Assembly (NCBI GenBank): GCA_943787795.1 | Contig: CALSNU010000002.1 | Location: forward strand, 384,001 to 448,000 | DNA: 64,000 bases | From: an uncultured bacterium | GTDB lineage: Bacteria > Planctomycetota > UBA1135 > GCA-002686595 | Reading direction: 5' to 3' | Shown here: one piece after another, positions 17,753 to 29,529 of the stretch | Numbering within the stretch: the stretch's first letter is position 1 | Layout: every line of letters begins with the position of its first letter | Notes under the pieces: generated by a model | What the model saw: the letters and a program-made list of their open reading frames with translations, nothing else | The model's database searches: none | Told to the model about the DNA's origin: nothing | Translations under genes and position numbers: made by a program

Positions 17753-20700
17753 ATGCCCCGTCGAGACGACCTCGAGTCGATTCTGATCATTGGAAGCGGA
17801 CCGATCATCATCGGTCAGGCCTGCGAATTCGACTACTCCGGCACCCAGGCCTGCAAGGCGCTGCGAGAGGAGGGATACCGGGTCATCCTGGTGAACTCCA
17901 ATCCGGCGACGATCATGACGGATCCGGAGATGGCCGATGCCACGTACATCGAGCCCATCACCCCCGAGGTCGTCGAGCGCATCCTCGAGAAGGAGAAGCC
18001 GGACGCTGTCCTGCCGACACTGGGCGGCCAGACCGCCCTCAACACGGCCCTCGCGCTCCACGACCGGGGCACCTTCGAGCGGCTGGGCATCGAGATGCTC
18101 GGCGCCGACGCCCACGTCATTCGCAAGGCCGAGGATCGCGACCTGTTCCGGGCTGCGATGACCAAGGCGGGCCTCGAGTCCGCGCGCTCGGGGATCGCCA
18201 ATGACCTGGACGACGCCCGCCGGGTCCTGGCCCAGATCGGCCTGCCCTGCGTCATCCGCCCCGCCTTCACCATGGGCGGCGCCGGCGGCGGCATCGCCTA
18301 CAACGTGGAGGAGTTCGAGGACATCGTCTCCCGCGGCCTCTCGCTCTCCATGAACTCCGAGGTCCTCGTGGAGGAGTCCCTGGTGGGCTGGAAGGAGTTC
18401 GAGATGGAGGTGATGCGCGACGGCAAGGACAACGTCGTCATCATCTGCTCCATCGAGAACCTCGACCCGATGGGCGTCCACACCGGCGACTCCATCACGG
18501 TTGCCCCGTCGCAGACCCTCACCGACCGCGAGTACCAGGCCCTGCGCAACGCGTCGATCACGATCATGCGCGAGATCGGGGTCGAGTGCGGCGGCTCCAA
18601 CTGCCAGTTCGCCATCGACCCCAAGTCGGGCCGCATCATCGTCATCGAGATGAACCCGCGGGTCTCGCGGTCGTCGCGCCCTGGCCTCGAAGGCGACCGG
18701 GTTCCCGATCGCCAAGATCGCCGCCAAGCTCGCCGTCGGGTACTCGCTCGACGAGCTCTCCAACGACATCACCCGGCAGACCCCGGCGTGCTTCGAGCCG
18801 ACGATCGACTACTGCGTCACCAAGATCCCGCGCTTCGCCTTCGAGAAGTTCCCGAGCGCGGACCCGACCCTCACCACGCAGATGAAGAGCGTGGGCGAGA
18901 CCATGGCCATCGGGCGGACCTTCAAGGAGTCGCTCCAGAAGGCTCTGCGTGGCCTCGAGACCGGCCTCGCCGGGTTCGGCCTCCATCCCAAGGCGCCGAT
19001 TGACTCAATCAACCCGCCGGCCCAGGACGAGCTGTCGCGCAAGCTCCGCGTCCCCAACGCCGAGCGCATGGTCTATCTGCGCGAGGCGTACCGCGCTGGC
19101 TGGAGCACCGAGGAGATCCACGAGGCCACCCACATCGACCCGTGGTTCCTGGAGAACATGCGTCAGCTCGTGGAGTTCGAGCAGGAGCTCGCTGGCTCCC
19201 TGCTCGACGAGCCCCTGCTGCGCCGCGCCAAGGAGCTACGGCTACAGCGACGCGCAGATCGCCCTGGCCGTCGGCACCGAGGCCCAGGCGGTTGAGGCCG
19301 CCCGGCGCGAATTCGGCATCGAGCGTGTCTACAAGCTCGTGGACACCTGCGCCGCAGAGTTCGAGGCCGTGACCCCGTACTACTACTCGACCTATGAGCG
19401 GGAGACCGAGGTCCGCACCAGCGACACCGAGAAGATCATGATCCTCGGGGGCGGTCCCGAACCGGATCGGCCAGGGGATCGAGTTCGACTACTGCTGCGT
19501 GCACGCCGCCTTCGCGGCCCAGGAGATCGGGTACGAGGCCGTGATGGTCAACTCGAACCCCGAGACCGTCTCCACGGACTACGACACCTCGGACCACCTG
19601 TTCTTCGAGCCGCTGACCCACGAGGACGTCATGAGCATCGTCCACGCGGTGCAAGCCCAAGGGGATCATCGTGCAGTTCGGAGGCCAGACGCCGCTGAAC
19701 CTCGCGAGCAGCCTCGAGAAGGCCGGCGCCCCCCTGATCGGCACGTCGGTGGACTCCATCGACCGAGCCGAGGACCGGGAGCGGTTCCAGAAGGTGCTCG
19801 CCGACCTGGGGCTGCGCCAACCGCCCAACGGGATCGCCAAGAGCGTTGGCGAGGCCTTCGAGGTCGCTCGCACCATCGGGTACCCCGTGCTGGTCCGCCC
19901 CAGCTACGTGCTGGGCGGCCGCGCCATGGAAATCGTCTACGACGACGAGGCCCTCGACCGCTACATGACCCACGCCGTCCAGGCCTCGCCGGACAAGCCC
20001 ATCCTCGTGGACAAGTTCCTCCAGGACGCCATCGAGGTGGACGTCGATTGCATCTCTGACGGCCACCAGGTGGTCCTGGGCGCGATCATGGAGCACATCG
20101 AGGAGGCCGGGATCCACTCCGGCGATTCCGCCTGCGTGCTGCCGCCGTACACCCTCTCCGACGCCCTCCAGGAGGAGATCTCACGGGCCACCAAGGCCAT
20201 GGCCAAGGAGCTCGGGGTCATCGGCCTCATGAACGTGCAGTACGCCGTGAAGGACGGCGACGTCTACGTCATCGAGGTCAACCCGCGGGCATCGCGTACG
20301 GTCCCCTTCGTGGCGAAGGCCATCGGCGTCCCGCTCGCGAAGCTCGCCGCCAAGGTCATGATGGGCAAGACTCTCGATGAGCTCGGCTTCACCGAGGAGG
20401 TCACCCCGAAGCGCTTCAATGTGAAGGTGCCGGTGTTCCCGTTCAACAAGTTCCCCGGCACGGACATGCTCCTGTCGCCCGAGATGCGCTCCACCGGCGA
20501 GGTCATGGGCTCGGACACCGAGCTCGGTTACGCCCTCGCGAAGGCCTACGAGGCGGCGGGCATGCGCCTCCCCCTGCGCGGCCGCGTCCTCCTGACCGTC
20601 AAGGACGGGGACAAGCGCGCCATCGTCTCCGAGGCTCGGACCCTGGCCCAGCTCGGCTACGAGCTGCTGGCTACGGGCGGCACCTGGCGGGCCCTGCGCG

Positions 20701-21005
20701 CCGCGGGGCTCCCGGTCGAGCGCATCAACAAGGTGCATGAGGGGCGACCGCACATCGTGGACGCCATCAAGAACGGGACCATCGACATGGTCTTCAACAC
20801 ACCGTCGGGCATCGGCTCGCGGCACGACGACACCTATATCCGCTCCAGCTCCATCACCCAGGGCATCCCCTGCGTGACGACTATCTCGGGGATCCAGGCC
20901 GTCGTCAGCGCCCTGAACGCCCTCCACCAGGGGCCGATCAGCGTGCGCCCAATCCAGGAGGGCCGCCCCGCCGCGGCTCCCACCAACGTCCCGGCCGCGA
21001 AGTAA
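17753..21005 (+). CDS. carB: Carbamoyl-phosphate synthase large subunit, interrupted here by four +1 frameshifts
   Basis: [30 protein letters not shown]...[10 protein letters not shown] / [13 protein letters not shown]...[14 protein letters not shown] / [11 protein letters not shown] / [12 protein letters not shown] / QFGGQTPL...[12 protein letters not shown]...MGS domain. Shifts near 18677, 19237, 19457 and 19652. Confidence 0.95.
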
Positions 21006-21031
21006 TCAGCGCAGGCCGCCTAAGACGAAGA

Positions 21032-21068
21032 GCGCGCGCGGGGTCGGTCCAACCGGCCCCGCGCGCGC
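21032..21068. terminator. GC-rich inverted repeat between convergent carB and protease genes (putative bidirectional terminator)
   Basis: gcgcgcgcggggtcggt-cca-accggccccgcgcgcgc. Confidence 0.7.
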
Positions 21069-21086
21069 GTTCACATCACCCTTCGA

Positions 21087-22850
21087 TCACTGAACGAGGA
21101 CGTCGTCCACGTAGCCCCGCTCGTTCTTGCGGTTGGCGTTGGTGTCGAACGTGATCTCCACCGCGCCGCTCACTCCGGTGAGCGTGACGGACTCGCTCCC
21201 CCAGCTTGTGCTGCTGTAGCTCACGACCTGTGGTCCGCCGGCGCCTCCGGTGATGGTGGCCTGAAGCCGCTCACCGCTGTCGTACCCGCTGGTGCGCCAC
21301 GCCCAGCTGACGGTGACCTCCGTCGCCCCGGTGCTCACCGAGGTGGCGATCGCCGTGGACTTGCGAAGTTCGGCCGCATAGGTCCCAGTGAGCGAGTTCG
21401 TGCCGACCCGCGCGTCGTTGTTCTGACGAGACCAGTTGGCGAACGTCCCGGACTCGAAGCCGTCGGCGAAGATCACGCCGCCTCCTCCACCGCCGCCGCC
21501 GCCGCCGGCAGCGGTCGTGAAGCTCCAGCTGGAGCCTCCGGTGACGCCGTTGGCGTTCTCGGAATCCACGCGCCAGTAGTACGTGGTGCCGTCCGCCAGC
21601 GTCCCGGGGTCATAGGACGTCCCGGACTGGTTGGAGGAAACGAGGGGCGGGTTCGTGGACGATCCGAAGTACACGTCGTACTGGGTCGCGCCGTTCGCGC
21701 TCGCCCAGGAGAGCGTGGTCGAGGCGGCCACGTCCGTGGCGCCGCTCGACGGCGTGCCGCCAGCTACCTGGTCCGGCGCTGTACCGCCGCCGCCTCCGCC
21801 GCCACCGTTCTCCCAGGTGGTGAGGTTCACTCGCCAGTTCTCCAGCGTGCAGCGCATGCGCAGCGACTGGTCCAGGGAGAAGTGATCCATGCACGCGTCC
21901 TCGGAGTAGTCCATGAAGTTGCGAACCGGGTCCGGGCTCCCGCAGGTGGCACGCTCCGTCGAGGAGCAGGCCGAGTAGTTGGGCGAGCTCTCGGGGTTGG
22001 TATCGCAGCAGAGGTCTCCGCTGGCGTAGCAGTTGCTCGTGCCGCACCCACCCTGGAACGTGTGCTGGAGGCCCAGGTAGTGACCCACCTCGTGAGTCCC
22101 TGTGCGCCCCAAGTCATAGGGGGAGTAGTTGGTGTAACCAACGGCGCGCCACAGGAGCCGGACTCCGTCGAAGTCGGAACCCACAACGCCCCCGCCGTTA
22201 GGGAGGTAGGCGTAGCCCAGGTTCCCGCCGGCCGTGTTGGTGTAGATGTTGAGGTAGCGCGTTGTGTCCCACCCGATCGTGGACGCGTAGCTCCCGCGGT
22301 CGTTGTACCAGCTCTTGCTCCGGTGCCTGGTGATCCCCGTGGTCGCGTTGCCACTGGGGTCGATCGTGGCGAGGTGGAACTGGATCTTGGAGTTGGTCAG
22401 GGCGGCGAAGTCCGCGTTCAGGATCGCCACCTGCTCGAAGATGCGCGCGTCCGGGATGTTCCCGGTGCCGTTGTTCGAATAGAGCACGTGGAACACGACC
22501 GGGATGTCATAGACGACAGCCGCCGAGCCCGACGGGTCGTACCCCGGATTGGGCACCGTCACCGAGTTCGTGCAGTCACTCTGGGAGCCGATGAAGGCCA
22601 CCGACGGCGGCATGTTCAGCGCGTCGATACCGCAGCGCTTGCCGTTCCTCATGAAGAACGGAGACGCGAGGTACTCGTCCCAGTCGGCGAAGAGGTAGGT
22701 GCCCTGGATGTCATGGGCGAGGATGGAACCGTCCTCGAGCTCCGTGACAGAGTTGCGCTGGGTCGGTGAGCTTTGGTTCTGCTGTGCAGAAACAGGAACG
22801 GCGAGCAGGAGAACTGCCGCCGCCCCCATTGCGAGCGTGTGTTGGATCAT
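21087..22850 (-). CDS. Secreted M43 zinc metalloprotease (ulilysin/pappalysin-like) with C-terminal beta-sandwich domains
   Basis: Signal peptide; RCG Cys-switch-like motif, IPVVFHVL, YLNIY, HEVGHYLGLQHTF, NFMDYS Met-turn; Gly linkers; FN3-like YYWRVD and IFADGFESG domains. Confidence 0.9.
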   Translation of the reverse strand: MIQHTLAMGAAAVLLLAVPVSAQQNQSSPTQRNSVTELEDGSILAHDIQGTYLFADWDEYLASPFFMRNGKRCGIDALNMPPSVAFIGSQSDCTNSVTVPNPGYDPSGSAAVVYDIPVVFHVLYSNNGTGNIPDARIFEQVAILNADFAALTNSKIQFHLATIDPSGNATTGITRHRSKSWYNDRGSYASTIGWDTTRYLNIYTNTAGGNLGYAYLPNGGGVVGSDFDGVRLLWRAVGYTNYSPYDLGRTGTHEVGHYLGLQHTFQGGCGTSNCYASGDLCCDTNPESSPNYSACSSTERATCGSPDPVRNFMDYSEDACMDHFSLDQSLRMRCTLENWRVNLTTWENGGGGGGGGTAPDQVAGGTPSSGATDVAASTTLSWASANGATQYDVYFGSSTNPPLVSSNQSGTSYDPGTLADGTTYYWRVDSENANGVTGGSSWSFTTAAGGGGGGGGGGVIFADGFESGTFANWSRQNNDARVGTNSLTGTYAAELRKSTAIATSVSTGATEVTVSWAWRTSGYDSGERLQATITGGAGGPQVVSYSSTSWGSESVTLTGVSGAVEITFDTNANRKNERGYVDDVLVQ

Positions 22851-23062
22851 GGCTTCTGGACGTAAGGAGTCTCGGCAGGCAGTCCGAAGAGCCGGGTGCC
22901 TCAAACACGAGGCTATACGCGACCCTCGATTCCAAGAAGGTCCGGTCTCAATGAATGAGAGAAGCGCCGGGCTCGCCGCCACCTTGTGCCCCAGAGGAGC
23001 CCTATGGCGAGCCCGGGGTGTCCGACCCTGGGGCACGGGAGCCCCTGCGTACACTCAGGCCC

Positions 23063-23845
23063 ATGAAGACCTTCCGCAAGGCCCTCGTGACGGGCGCCTC
23101 CTCGGGGCTGGGTCGCGCGATCTGCAAGGAACTCGCAGCTCGTGGGACCGAGGTCGTCGCCTGCGCGAGGCGGGCTGACCTACTGGGAGATCTGGTTCGA
23201 GAGCTCGAGGCCGCGGGCGCCACGGCCTCTGCGGTCCCCCTCGATGTGACGAGTCCTGACGCCGTGCGCGAGGCGGTGGCCTCGGCGGCCGCGGACGGTC
23301 CGCTGGACCTCGTCCTGGCCGGCGCTGGGGTGGCCGAGCACTCCGTGGAGGCCCCTGATCGCGCGACGAGGACGCTGCGACTGCTGGACGTCAACCTCGG
23401 TGGAGCGGTCACCACGGTCGAGGCCGGGATCGACGCCATGGCCCAGAGCGGCGGCACGGTCGGGGTCCTCTCCAGCCTCGCCGGGACTCGAGGCCTCCCG
23501 GGCGCGGCCGCCTACTGTGCGAGCAAGGCTGCGATCTCGACCTACCTGGAGGCTCGCCAGATCGAGCTGGCAGGACGGCCCGTCCGGCTCGTCGATGTCC
23601 AGCCCGGGTTCGTCAAGACCCCGATGACCGCGCCCAACCGATTCCCGATGCCCTTCCTGATGGACGTCGAGGACGCCGCCCGGCGCACGGTCGAAGGCCT
23701 GGCAGCGGGCCGCTCCGTCGTCACCTACCCCAGGCGGCTCGGCTGGCCGCTCCGGGTCGTGGCGCGGGTCGCGCCGCGGGGGCTGTGGCGGAGGCTGCTC
23801 GCCCAAGAAGCCCAGCGCGGCAACGGCGGTCCAGCCGAGGGCTAG
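23063..23845 (+). CDS. Short-chain dehydrogenase/reductase
   Basis: ALVTGASSGLG, YCASK, PGFVKTPMT, MPFLM. Confidence 0.9.
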   Translation: MKTFRKALVTGASSGLGRAICKELAARGTEVVACARRADLLGDLVRELEAAGATASAVPLDVTSPDAVREAVASAAADGPLDLVLAGAGVAEHSVEAPDRATRTLRLLDVNLGGAVTTVEAGIDAMAQSGGTVGVLSSLAGTRGLPGAAAYCASKAAISTYLEARQIELAGRPVRLVDVQPGFVKTPMTAPNRFPMPFLMDVEDAARRTVEGLAAGRSVVTYPRRLGWPLRVVARVAPRGLWRRLLAQEAQRGNGGPAEG

Positions 23846-24675
23846 CCCTCCAGGAGCCTGTCGAGGGCGTCGATTGTCTTCTCCGGCCGGAAGAGGAGCC
23901 ACTCGTGGCTGTTCTCCTCCTCCAGCACCTCGAGCTCGACCCGGTCGAAGGCCTGGAGCAGCCCGCCCTCGATGCCCGCGTGCGCAGGATAGAACTCGTC
24001 CCCGCACCCATAGAGCACCCGGACGAGCGGGGAGGTCCCCGCTCCGTCCCTGACCCAGCGGGCGAGGCGCTCGTACCGGAAGGCTCGCAGCCCACCGATC
24101 AGCTCGAAGGCCGGTCGCGGCCTGCTCAGCCAGTTCCGATAGAAGCGGCCGGCCCCCTCGGAGAGCACGGCCCGGGCCGTGGCGCCGTCTCCCGCCAAGC
24201 CGAGGAACATCTTCGTGTTCATCCACGCCGAGCGGAGCATGAAGGTGACCGGGGCGCTCGAGGACGGCTGGACGGGGTTGATCGCCAGCACCGCCGAGGG
24301 CCCCGGCTCCAGCCTTGCGAGGGTATAGCTGACCGCGGCCCCCGTGGAGTGGCCGAAGACCGGCGCGCCCGGGGTCAGAAGCCCGTCGCCGATCAGCCGC
24401 TCCACCGTCCGCGCCGCGAGGGCTGCGCAGGACCAGAAGTGGCGCGGCGGGGTCTGCAGGCCGTTGTTGCCGAACAGGAAGGGCGCGACGACCCGCCAGC
24501 CCCGGCTCCCGGCCTCCTCGAGCACCAGCCGGTAATCCAGCGGGTGGCGGGCATAACCGTGCAGGAACAGAACGTCGCGCGGCGCCGCAGCACCCTCGCC
24601 CTGCGCGGGCTCCACGACCGTCACCGGCACGGACTCACCGCGAACGCGCAGCGTGATGTGGGTCGTGGATGTCAT
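23842..24675 (-). CDS. Alpha/beta-fold hydrolase
   Basis: LFLHGY, FGHSTGA, C-terminal D and H (SHEW). Confidence 0.8.
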   Translation of the reverse strand: MTSTTHITLRVRGESVPVTVVEPAQGEGAAAPRDVLFLHGYARHPLDYRLVLEEAGSRGWRVVAPFLFGNNGLQTPPRHFWSCAALAARTVERLIGDGLLTPGAPVFGHSTGAAVSYTLARLEPGPSAVLAINPVQPSSSAPVTFMLRSAWMNTKMFLGLAGDGATARAVLSEGAGRFYRNWLSRPRPAFELIGGLRAFRYERLARWVRDGAGTSPLVRVLYGCGDEFYPAHAGIEGGLLQAFDRVELEVLEEENSHEWLLFRPEKTIDALDRLLEG

Positions 24676-24827
24676 CACAGAGGAAGACGATAGCGGACCG
24701 GCGCTCAGTCCCTTGCAACCAGACGCCGTGGCGGGTCTCCTTCTTGGGTCCGAATGGCCGCCGCGACCTGCTCGTCCCGGCTCGAGGCCCTCCTTTGAGA
24801 CCCTGACTCGGCATCCAACCGACTCGT

Positions 24828-26438
24828 ATGAACCTCGGAATCCCCAAGGAATCCCACCCCGGCGAACGCCGCGTGGCCGCCTCTCCGGCCGCCGCGAAGC
24901 GCTTCGTAGAGCTCGGCTTCGACGTCACCGTCGAGGCCGGCGCCGGCGATGGCGCGTCCTACCCTGACTCGGCCTACGAGTCCATCGGCGCCAAGATCGG
25001 CAGCGCGGAAGACGCGTTCGGCGCGGACGTCATCCTGAAGGTCCGCGCACCGCAGGACGCAGACGGCGCTCGCGAGCTCGACCTCATCCGTGAGGGCGCG
25101 ACTCTGGTGAGCTACGTCTTCCCCGCCCAGAACGAGGACCTCGTTGCGGACCTCAAGGCGCGCAAGATCACGACCCTGGCCATGGACTGCGTGCCCCGCA
25201 TCACGCGCGCCCAGAAGGTCGATTCGCTCAGCTCGATGGCCAACATCGCTGGCTATCGCGCGGTGATCGAGGCGGCCAACGAGTTTGGCAGCTTCTTCAC
25301 CGGGCAATTCACCGCCGCGGGCAAGGTCCCGCCGGCCAAGGTGCTGGTCATCGGCGCGGGCGTCGCCGGGCTCTCCGCGATCGGCGCGGCCCGCGGCCTC
25401 GGCGCCATCGTCCGCGCGTTCGATACGCGCGAGTCGGTTCGCGACCAGATCAAGAGCCTCGGCGGCGAGTTCCTCACCGTCGAGATCGAGGAGAGCGGCG
25501 AGGGCGGCGGCGGCTACGCGAAGACGATGAGCAAGGAGTTCATCGACGCCGAGATGGCCCTCTTCCGTGAGCAGGCCAAGGAGGTCGACATCGTCATCAC
25601 GACGGCGCTGATCCCCGGCAAGCCCGCCCCCAAGCTCTGGCTCAAGGACATGGTCGAGGCCATGAAGCCCGGCTCGGTGGTCGTCGACCTTGCCGCGGAG
25701 CAGGGTGGCAACTGTGAGGTGACCGAGCCCGGCGCCCGCGCCGTCCACTCGGGCGTGAAAATCCTCGGCTACACCGACATGCCGAGTCGCATGGCGAACG
25801 TGGCCAGCGACCTGTACGGCACGAACCTGGGGCACCTGCTCGACGAGCTCGGCGGCGCGGGCTCGTTCTCGGTGGACCTCGAGAACGACATCATCCGCGG
25901 CGCCATCGTCACCCACGATGGCGAGATCCTCTGGCCGCCCCCGGCGGCCCCCGAGCCCTCACCCGCCGCCAAGCCGGCGCCCAAGCCCGCCGTAGAGCCG
26001 GCACCCAAGCCCGCGGCGGCGGCGGCTCCGAAGGCCGATGCCCCGGCGGCGACCTCGGAGGGCAGCGGCTTCTCACGCAAGGCGCTCATCGGCGTGGCCC
26101 TCACGGCCCTTTGGCTCTGGCTCCGCTTCGGGAGCGGGGCCAGCGACGCCGTCGGCGAGACCGAGAGCGAGTTCCTGCAGCACGTGACGGTCTTCATCCT
26201 GGCCTGCTTCGTCGGCTGGCAGGTCATCTGGAGCGTCACCGCGGCGCTCCACACCCCGCTCATGAGCGTCACGAACGCCATCAGCGGCATCATCGTCGTG
26301 GGCGGCCTCGTGCTCGCCACCGACGAGGTCCCCCAGACCGCCGCGATCATCGGTGCCGTCGCCATCCTCTTCGCCACGATCAACATCGTCGGCGGCTTCA
26401 TGGTCACGCGGCGCATGCTGCGGATGTTCAACAAGTAG
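24828..26438 (+). CDS. pntA: NAD(P) transhydrogenase subunit alpha (fused dI + membrane part)
   Basis: [51 protein letters not shown]. Confidence 0.96.
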   Translation: MNLGIPKESHPGERRVAASPAAAKRFVELGFDVTVEAGAGDGASYPDSAYESIGAKIGSAEDAFGADVILKVRAPQDADGARELDLIREGATLVSYVFPAQNEDLVADLKARKITTLAMDCVPRITRAQKVDSLSSMANIAGYRAVIEAANEFGSFFTGQFTAAGKVPPAKVLVIGAGVAGLSAIGAARGLGAIVRAFDTRESVRDQIKSLGGEFLTVEIEESGEGGGGYAKTMSKEFIDAEMALFREQAKEVDIVITTALIPGKPAPKLWLKDMVEAMKPGSVVVDLAAEQGGNCEVTEPGARAVHSGVKILGYTDMPSRMANVASDLYGTNLGHLLDELGGAGSFSVDLENDIIRGAIVTHDGEILWPPPAAPEPSPAAKPAPKPAVEPAPKPAAAAAPKADAPAATSEGSGFSRKALIGVALTALWLWLRFGSGASDAVGETESEFLQHVTVFILACFVGWQVIWSVTAALHTPLMSVTNAISGIIVVGGLVLATDEVPQTAAIIGAVAILFATINIVGGFMVTRRMLRMFNK

Positions 26439-26450
26439 CGCGCCAGCACC

Positions 26451-27854
26451 ATGGAAACGGCACTCATCACCCTCGCCTACCTCACGTCGGCGGTCCTGTT
26501 CATCCTCAGCCTGCGCGGCCTCTCCAGCCAGGAGACCGCGCGCTCGGGGAACACCTACGGCATGCTCGGCATGGCCATCGCGATCTTCGCGACGGTCACC
26601 GCCGACGGCATCAACCGCTACGCGTTCATCGCGGTCGCCCTCGTCGTCGGCGCCTTCATTGGGCGCAACATGGCCGCCAAGGTCGCCATGACGGCGATGC
26701 CCGAGCTGGTCGCGCTGCTCCACAGCTTCGTGGGTCTTGCGGCGGTCCTGGTTGGCTACGCGACCTACCTGGCGCAGCCCAAGTCCGGCGCGGTCTTCGA
26801 GACGGAGATCTTCGTCGACGTCTTCATCGGCGGGATCACGTTCACCGGGTCGGTCATCGCCTATCTCAAGCTCAAGGGCAGCCTCAGCGGCAAGCCCCTG
26901 CTGCTCCCCGGCAGGCACATGCTGAACCTGGCCGCCGCCGTCGCGGCGGTGGGCATGGGCTACTGGTTCACCACCTTCGACGGCGCCGAGGGGCTCCTCC
27001 CCCTCGCCGTCATGACGGTGATCTCCTTCGCCCTCGGCGCGCACCTCGTCGCCGCCATCGGCGGCGCCGACATGCCCGTCGTCGTCTCGATGCTCAACAG
27101 CTACTCCGGCTGGACCGCCTCCGCGGCGGGCTTCATGCTCGGCTACGACATTCTCATCATCACCGGCGCCCTCGTTGGCAGCAGCGGCGCGATCCTGAGC
27201 ATCATCATGTGCAGGGCCATGAACCGCTCGATCGTGAACGTGATCTTCGGCGGGTTCGGCACCGGCGGCGGCGCTCCGGCGCCCGCGGCTGGAACCGCTG
27301 CTGCCGTGACCGGCGACATCCAGGAGACCGACGTGGCCGAGATTGTCGAGCGGCTCGCGAGCGCCAAGAGCGTCATCGTCGTGCCCGGCTACGGCATGGC
27401 GGTCGCCCGCGCCCAGCACAAGGTGCAGGAGATGACCGAGCTGCTGCGCGACCAGGGGGTCAACATCCGCTTCGGCATCCACCCCGTGGCAGGCCGCCTG
27501 CCCGGGCATATGAACGTGCTCCTGGCCGAGGCCAACGTGCCCTACGACATCGTCCTCGAGATGGACGAGCTCAACGACGACTTCGCGTCCACCGACGTCG
27601 TGCTCGTCATCGGCGCCAACGACATCGTCAACCCCAGCGCCATGACGGACGAGTCGAGCCCGATCTACGGCATGCCGGTCCTCGAGGTCTGGAACTCCGA
27701 CTTCGTCGTGATGATGAAGCGCAGCCGAGGCACGGGCTACGCCGGGGTCGACAACCCCCTCTTCGTGGAGCCCTGTACCCGGATGCTCTTCGGGGACGCG
27801 GGTGACTCCATGGACGGCATCGTGGGAGCCCTCCGCGAGCGCGCCGGCTCCTGA
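26451..27854 (+). CDS. pntB: NAD(P) transhydrogenase subunit beta
   Basis: [66 protein letters not shown]. Confidence 0.97.
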   Translation: METALITLAYLTSAVLFILSLRGLSSQETARSGNTYGMLGMAIAIFATVTADGINRYAFIAVALVVGAFIGRNMAAKVAMTAMPELVALLHSFVGLAAVLVGYATYLAQPKSGAVFETEIFVDVFIGGITFTGSVIAYLKLKGSLSGKPLLLPGRHMLNLAAAVAAVGMGYWFTTFDGAEGLLPLAVMTVISFALGAHLVAAIGGADMPVVVSMLNSYSGWTASAAGFMLGYDILIITGALVGSSGAILSIIMCRAMNRSIVNVIFGGFGTGGGAPAPAAGTAAAVTGDIQETDVAEIVERLASAKSVIVVPGYGMAVARAQHKVQEMTELLRDQGVNIRFGIHPVAGRLPGHMNVLLAEANVPYDIVLEMDELNDDFASTDVVLVIGANDIVNPSAMTDESSPIYGMPVLEVWNSDFVVMMKRSRGTGYAGVDNPLFVEPCTRMLFGDAGDSMDGIVGALRERAGS

Positions 27855-27872
27855 CCTGGCCCTGGCCCGAGC

Positions 27873-27910
27873 GGACGGCCGCGCTTCCCTGGAGGGAGGC
27901 GCGGCCGTCC
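27873..27910 (+). terminator. Putative intrinsic terminator after pntB
   Basis: ggacggccgcgcttccct-gg-agggaggcgcggccgtcc followed by ccgttt. Confidence 0.65.
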
Positions 27911-28140
27911 CCGTTTGAGACGAGCACCTGCGAGCCGGGCGCTGCGCGGAGCGCTCAGCTCGCGAATTGAGCGGCGCGGGCCCCCCTGGGCACCTCCCTA
28001 CGCAGCTCAAACCCGCACGCCGCGCTCCGGCCCCTCACCGACGAATCGGGTTGCGCTACTTTCGGGCGCCGGTCCAACCGCTCGCGCCTCCCACGCGCCG
28101 CCGCAGTGGCCCGCCTCCCCCGAAGGACCCCCCCATAGAA

Positions 28141-29421
28141 ATGATGCTCCAGCACCTTCCCTACGCCCCCGCCCTCGCCGCCGCGCTCCTCGCCACCTCG
28201 GCCGCTGGCCAGTCTGTCTTCATCAACGACGACTTCGAGACCGACACGTCCGCCGACTACATCATCACGAACGACGGGACGCCCGACGGAACGCAGACGT
28301 TCGCCTACGACTACATCGCGGCGGGCATCCCGCTCGCCCCCAACTCCTCCCCCGGGGAGACCGGCGGCCTGAGGCTCACCGCCAACGACACCGCCGGGGC
28401 CAGCGACGCCTGGACCCTGTTCCACACGAACCCGATCGCCGCCGACTTCTATGTCCTGACGGTCGACGTCTGGATGAACTTCACCTCGGGTTCAGGGACC
28501 ACTGAATACGCGGAGGTCGGCGTCGGCGGCGACGGGGCGACCTACAACTCGGTCTTCCTCCCCATCGAGGGCTCAGGTGCATTCCTCGCCTTCACCGGCG
28601 ACGGAGGGTCCATCTCTGACTTCCGCTGGTTCCGCGCCGTGCCCAACACCCCCATGGGCGACTCGAACAACACGACGCTGCCCAACAACCACCCGAGCTA
28701 CCTCGGCCACGGCAGCGACGGGTCCGGGTCTTTCTTCCAGGGCCTGTTCCCATCTCCTCCCGCCACCACGGCGGGCTCGCCCGGGAACATCTGGACCACC
28801 GTCCGGGTGGAGGTGGACAACGTGGTCGGGCAGATCTCGTTCTACTTCGATGACCAGCTCACGTTCCAAGGGGACTTCGCGAACGACTTCAACGGCTTCG
28901 CCAGCCTGAGCGTCGCCGATGTCTTCTCCTCGGTGTCGACGGCGAACAACTTCACGCTGTACGACAACTTCCGCGTGGAGGTGCCCACCAACACCATCGG
29001 GGCGAATTACTGCACCGCCGCCGCCAACTCCACCGGCGCCGTCGGCGTGGTCTCCGCCGTCGGAAGCGAGTTTGTGTCGGACAACCTCGTGACCCTCTCG
29101 GCGAGCGACCTCCCCGCGAACTCGTTCGGCTTCTTCCTGACCGGCCAGAACCAGGGCTTCACCGGAAACCCCGGCGGCAGCCAGGGCAACCTGTGCCTCT
29201 CTGGCTCCATCGGTCGCTATGTGGCGGCTGGCCAGATCAAGAACTCAGGGGGCGCGGGGACCTTCGACCTCACCCTCGACCTCAACCTGACTCCAACGCC
29301 GATCGGTCTGGTCAGCATCGCCGCCGGCGAGACCTGGAACTTCCAGGCCTGGTATCGAGACGCCGTCGGTGGCGCGGCCACGTCCAACTTCTCCGACGGG
29401 CTCTCGATCGGCTTCCTCTGA
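28141..29421 (+). CDS. Secreted protein: beta-sandwich N-terminal domain plus C-terminal YC..NSTG..NFQAWYRD domain
   Basis: Signal peptide ending SAAG-Q; C-terminal IGANYCTAAANSTG...GSQGNLCLSGSIGRY...GETWNFQAWYRD...SNFSDG. Confidence 0.8.
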   Translation: MMLQHLPYAPALAAALLATSAAGQSVFINDDFETDTSADYIITNDGTPDGTQTFAYDYIAAGIPLAPNSSPGETGGLRLTANDTAGASDAWTLFHTNPIAADFYVLTVDVWMNFTSGSGTTEYAEVGVGGDGATYNSVFLPIEGSGAFLAFTGDGGSISDFRWFRAVPNTPMGDSNNTTLPNNHPSYLGHGSDGSGSFFQGLFPSPPATTAGSPGNIWTTVRVEVDNVVGQISFYFDDQLTFQGDFANDFNGFASLSVADVFSSVSTANNFTLYDNFRVEVPTNTIGANYCTAAANSTGAVGVVSAVGSEFVSDNLVTLSASDLPANSFGFFLTGQNQGFTGNPGGSQGNLCLSGSIGRYVAAGQIKNSGGAGTFDLTLDLNLTPTPIGLVSIAAGETWNFQAWYRDAVGGAATSNFSDGLSIGFL

Positions 29422-29470
29422 GCGTTGAGGCGGAGCGCATCACCGCGATGCGCTCCGGCGAGCGCCTGCA

Positions 29471-29513
29471 CTGAACGGCCCCGCCGCCCCCTCGGGACGG
29501 CGGGGCCGTTCAG
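29471..29513. terminator. Perfect 16-bp inverted repeat between convergent genes (putative bidirectional terminator)
   Basis: ctgaacggccccgccg ... cggcggggccgttcag. Confidence 0.75.
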
Positions 29514-29529
29514 CTGGATCGCGGCCGCT

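Noticed and set aside
18670..19660. Programmed ribosomal frameshifting or a naturally split carB
   Set aside because: Four shifts in 1 kb, some inside conserved motifs, with no slippery sequences or sensible domain boundaries
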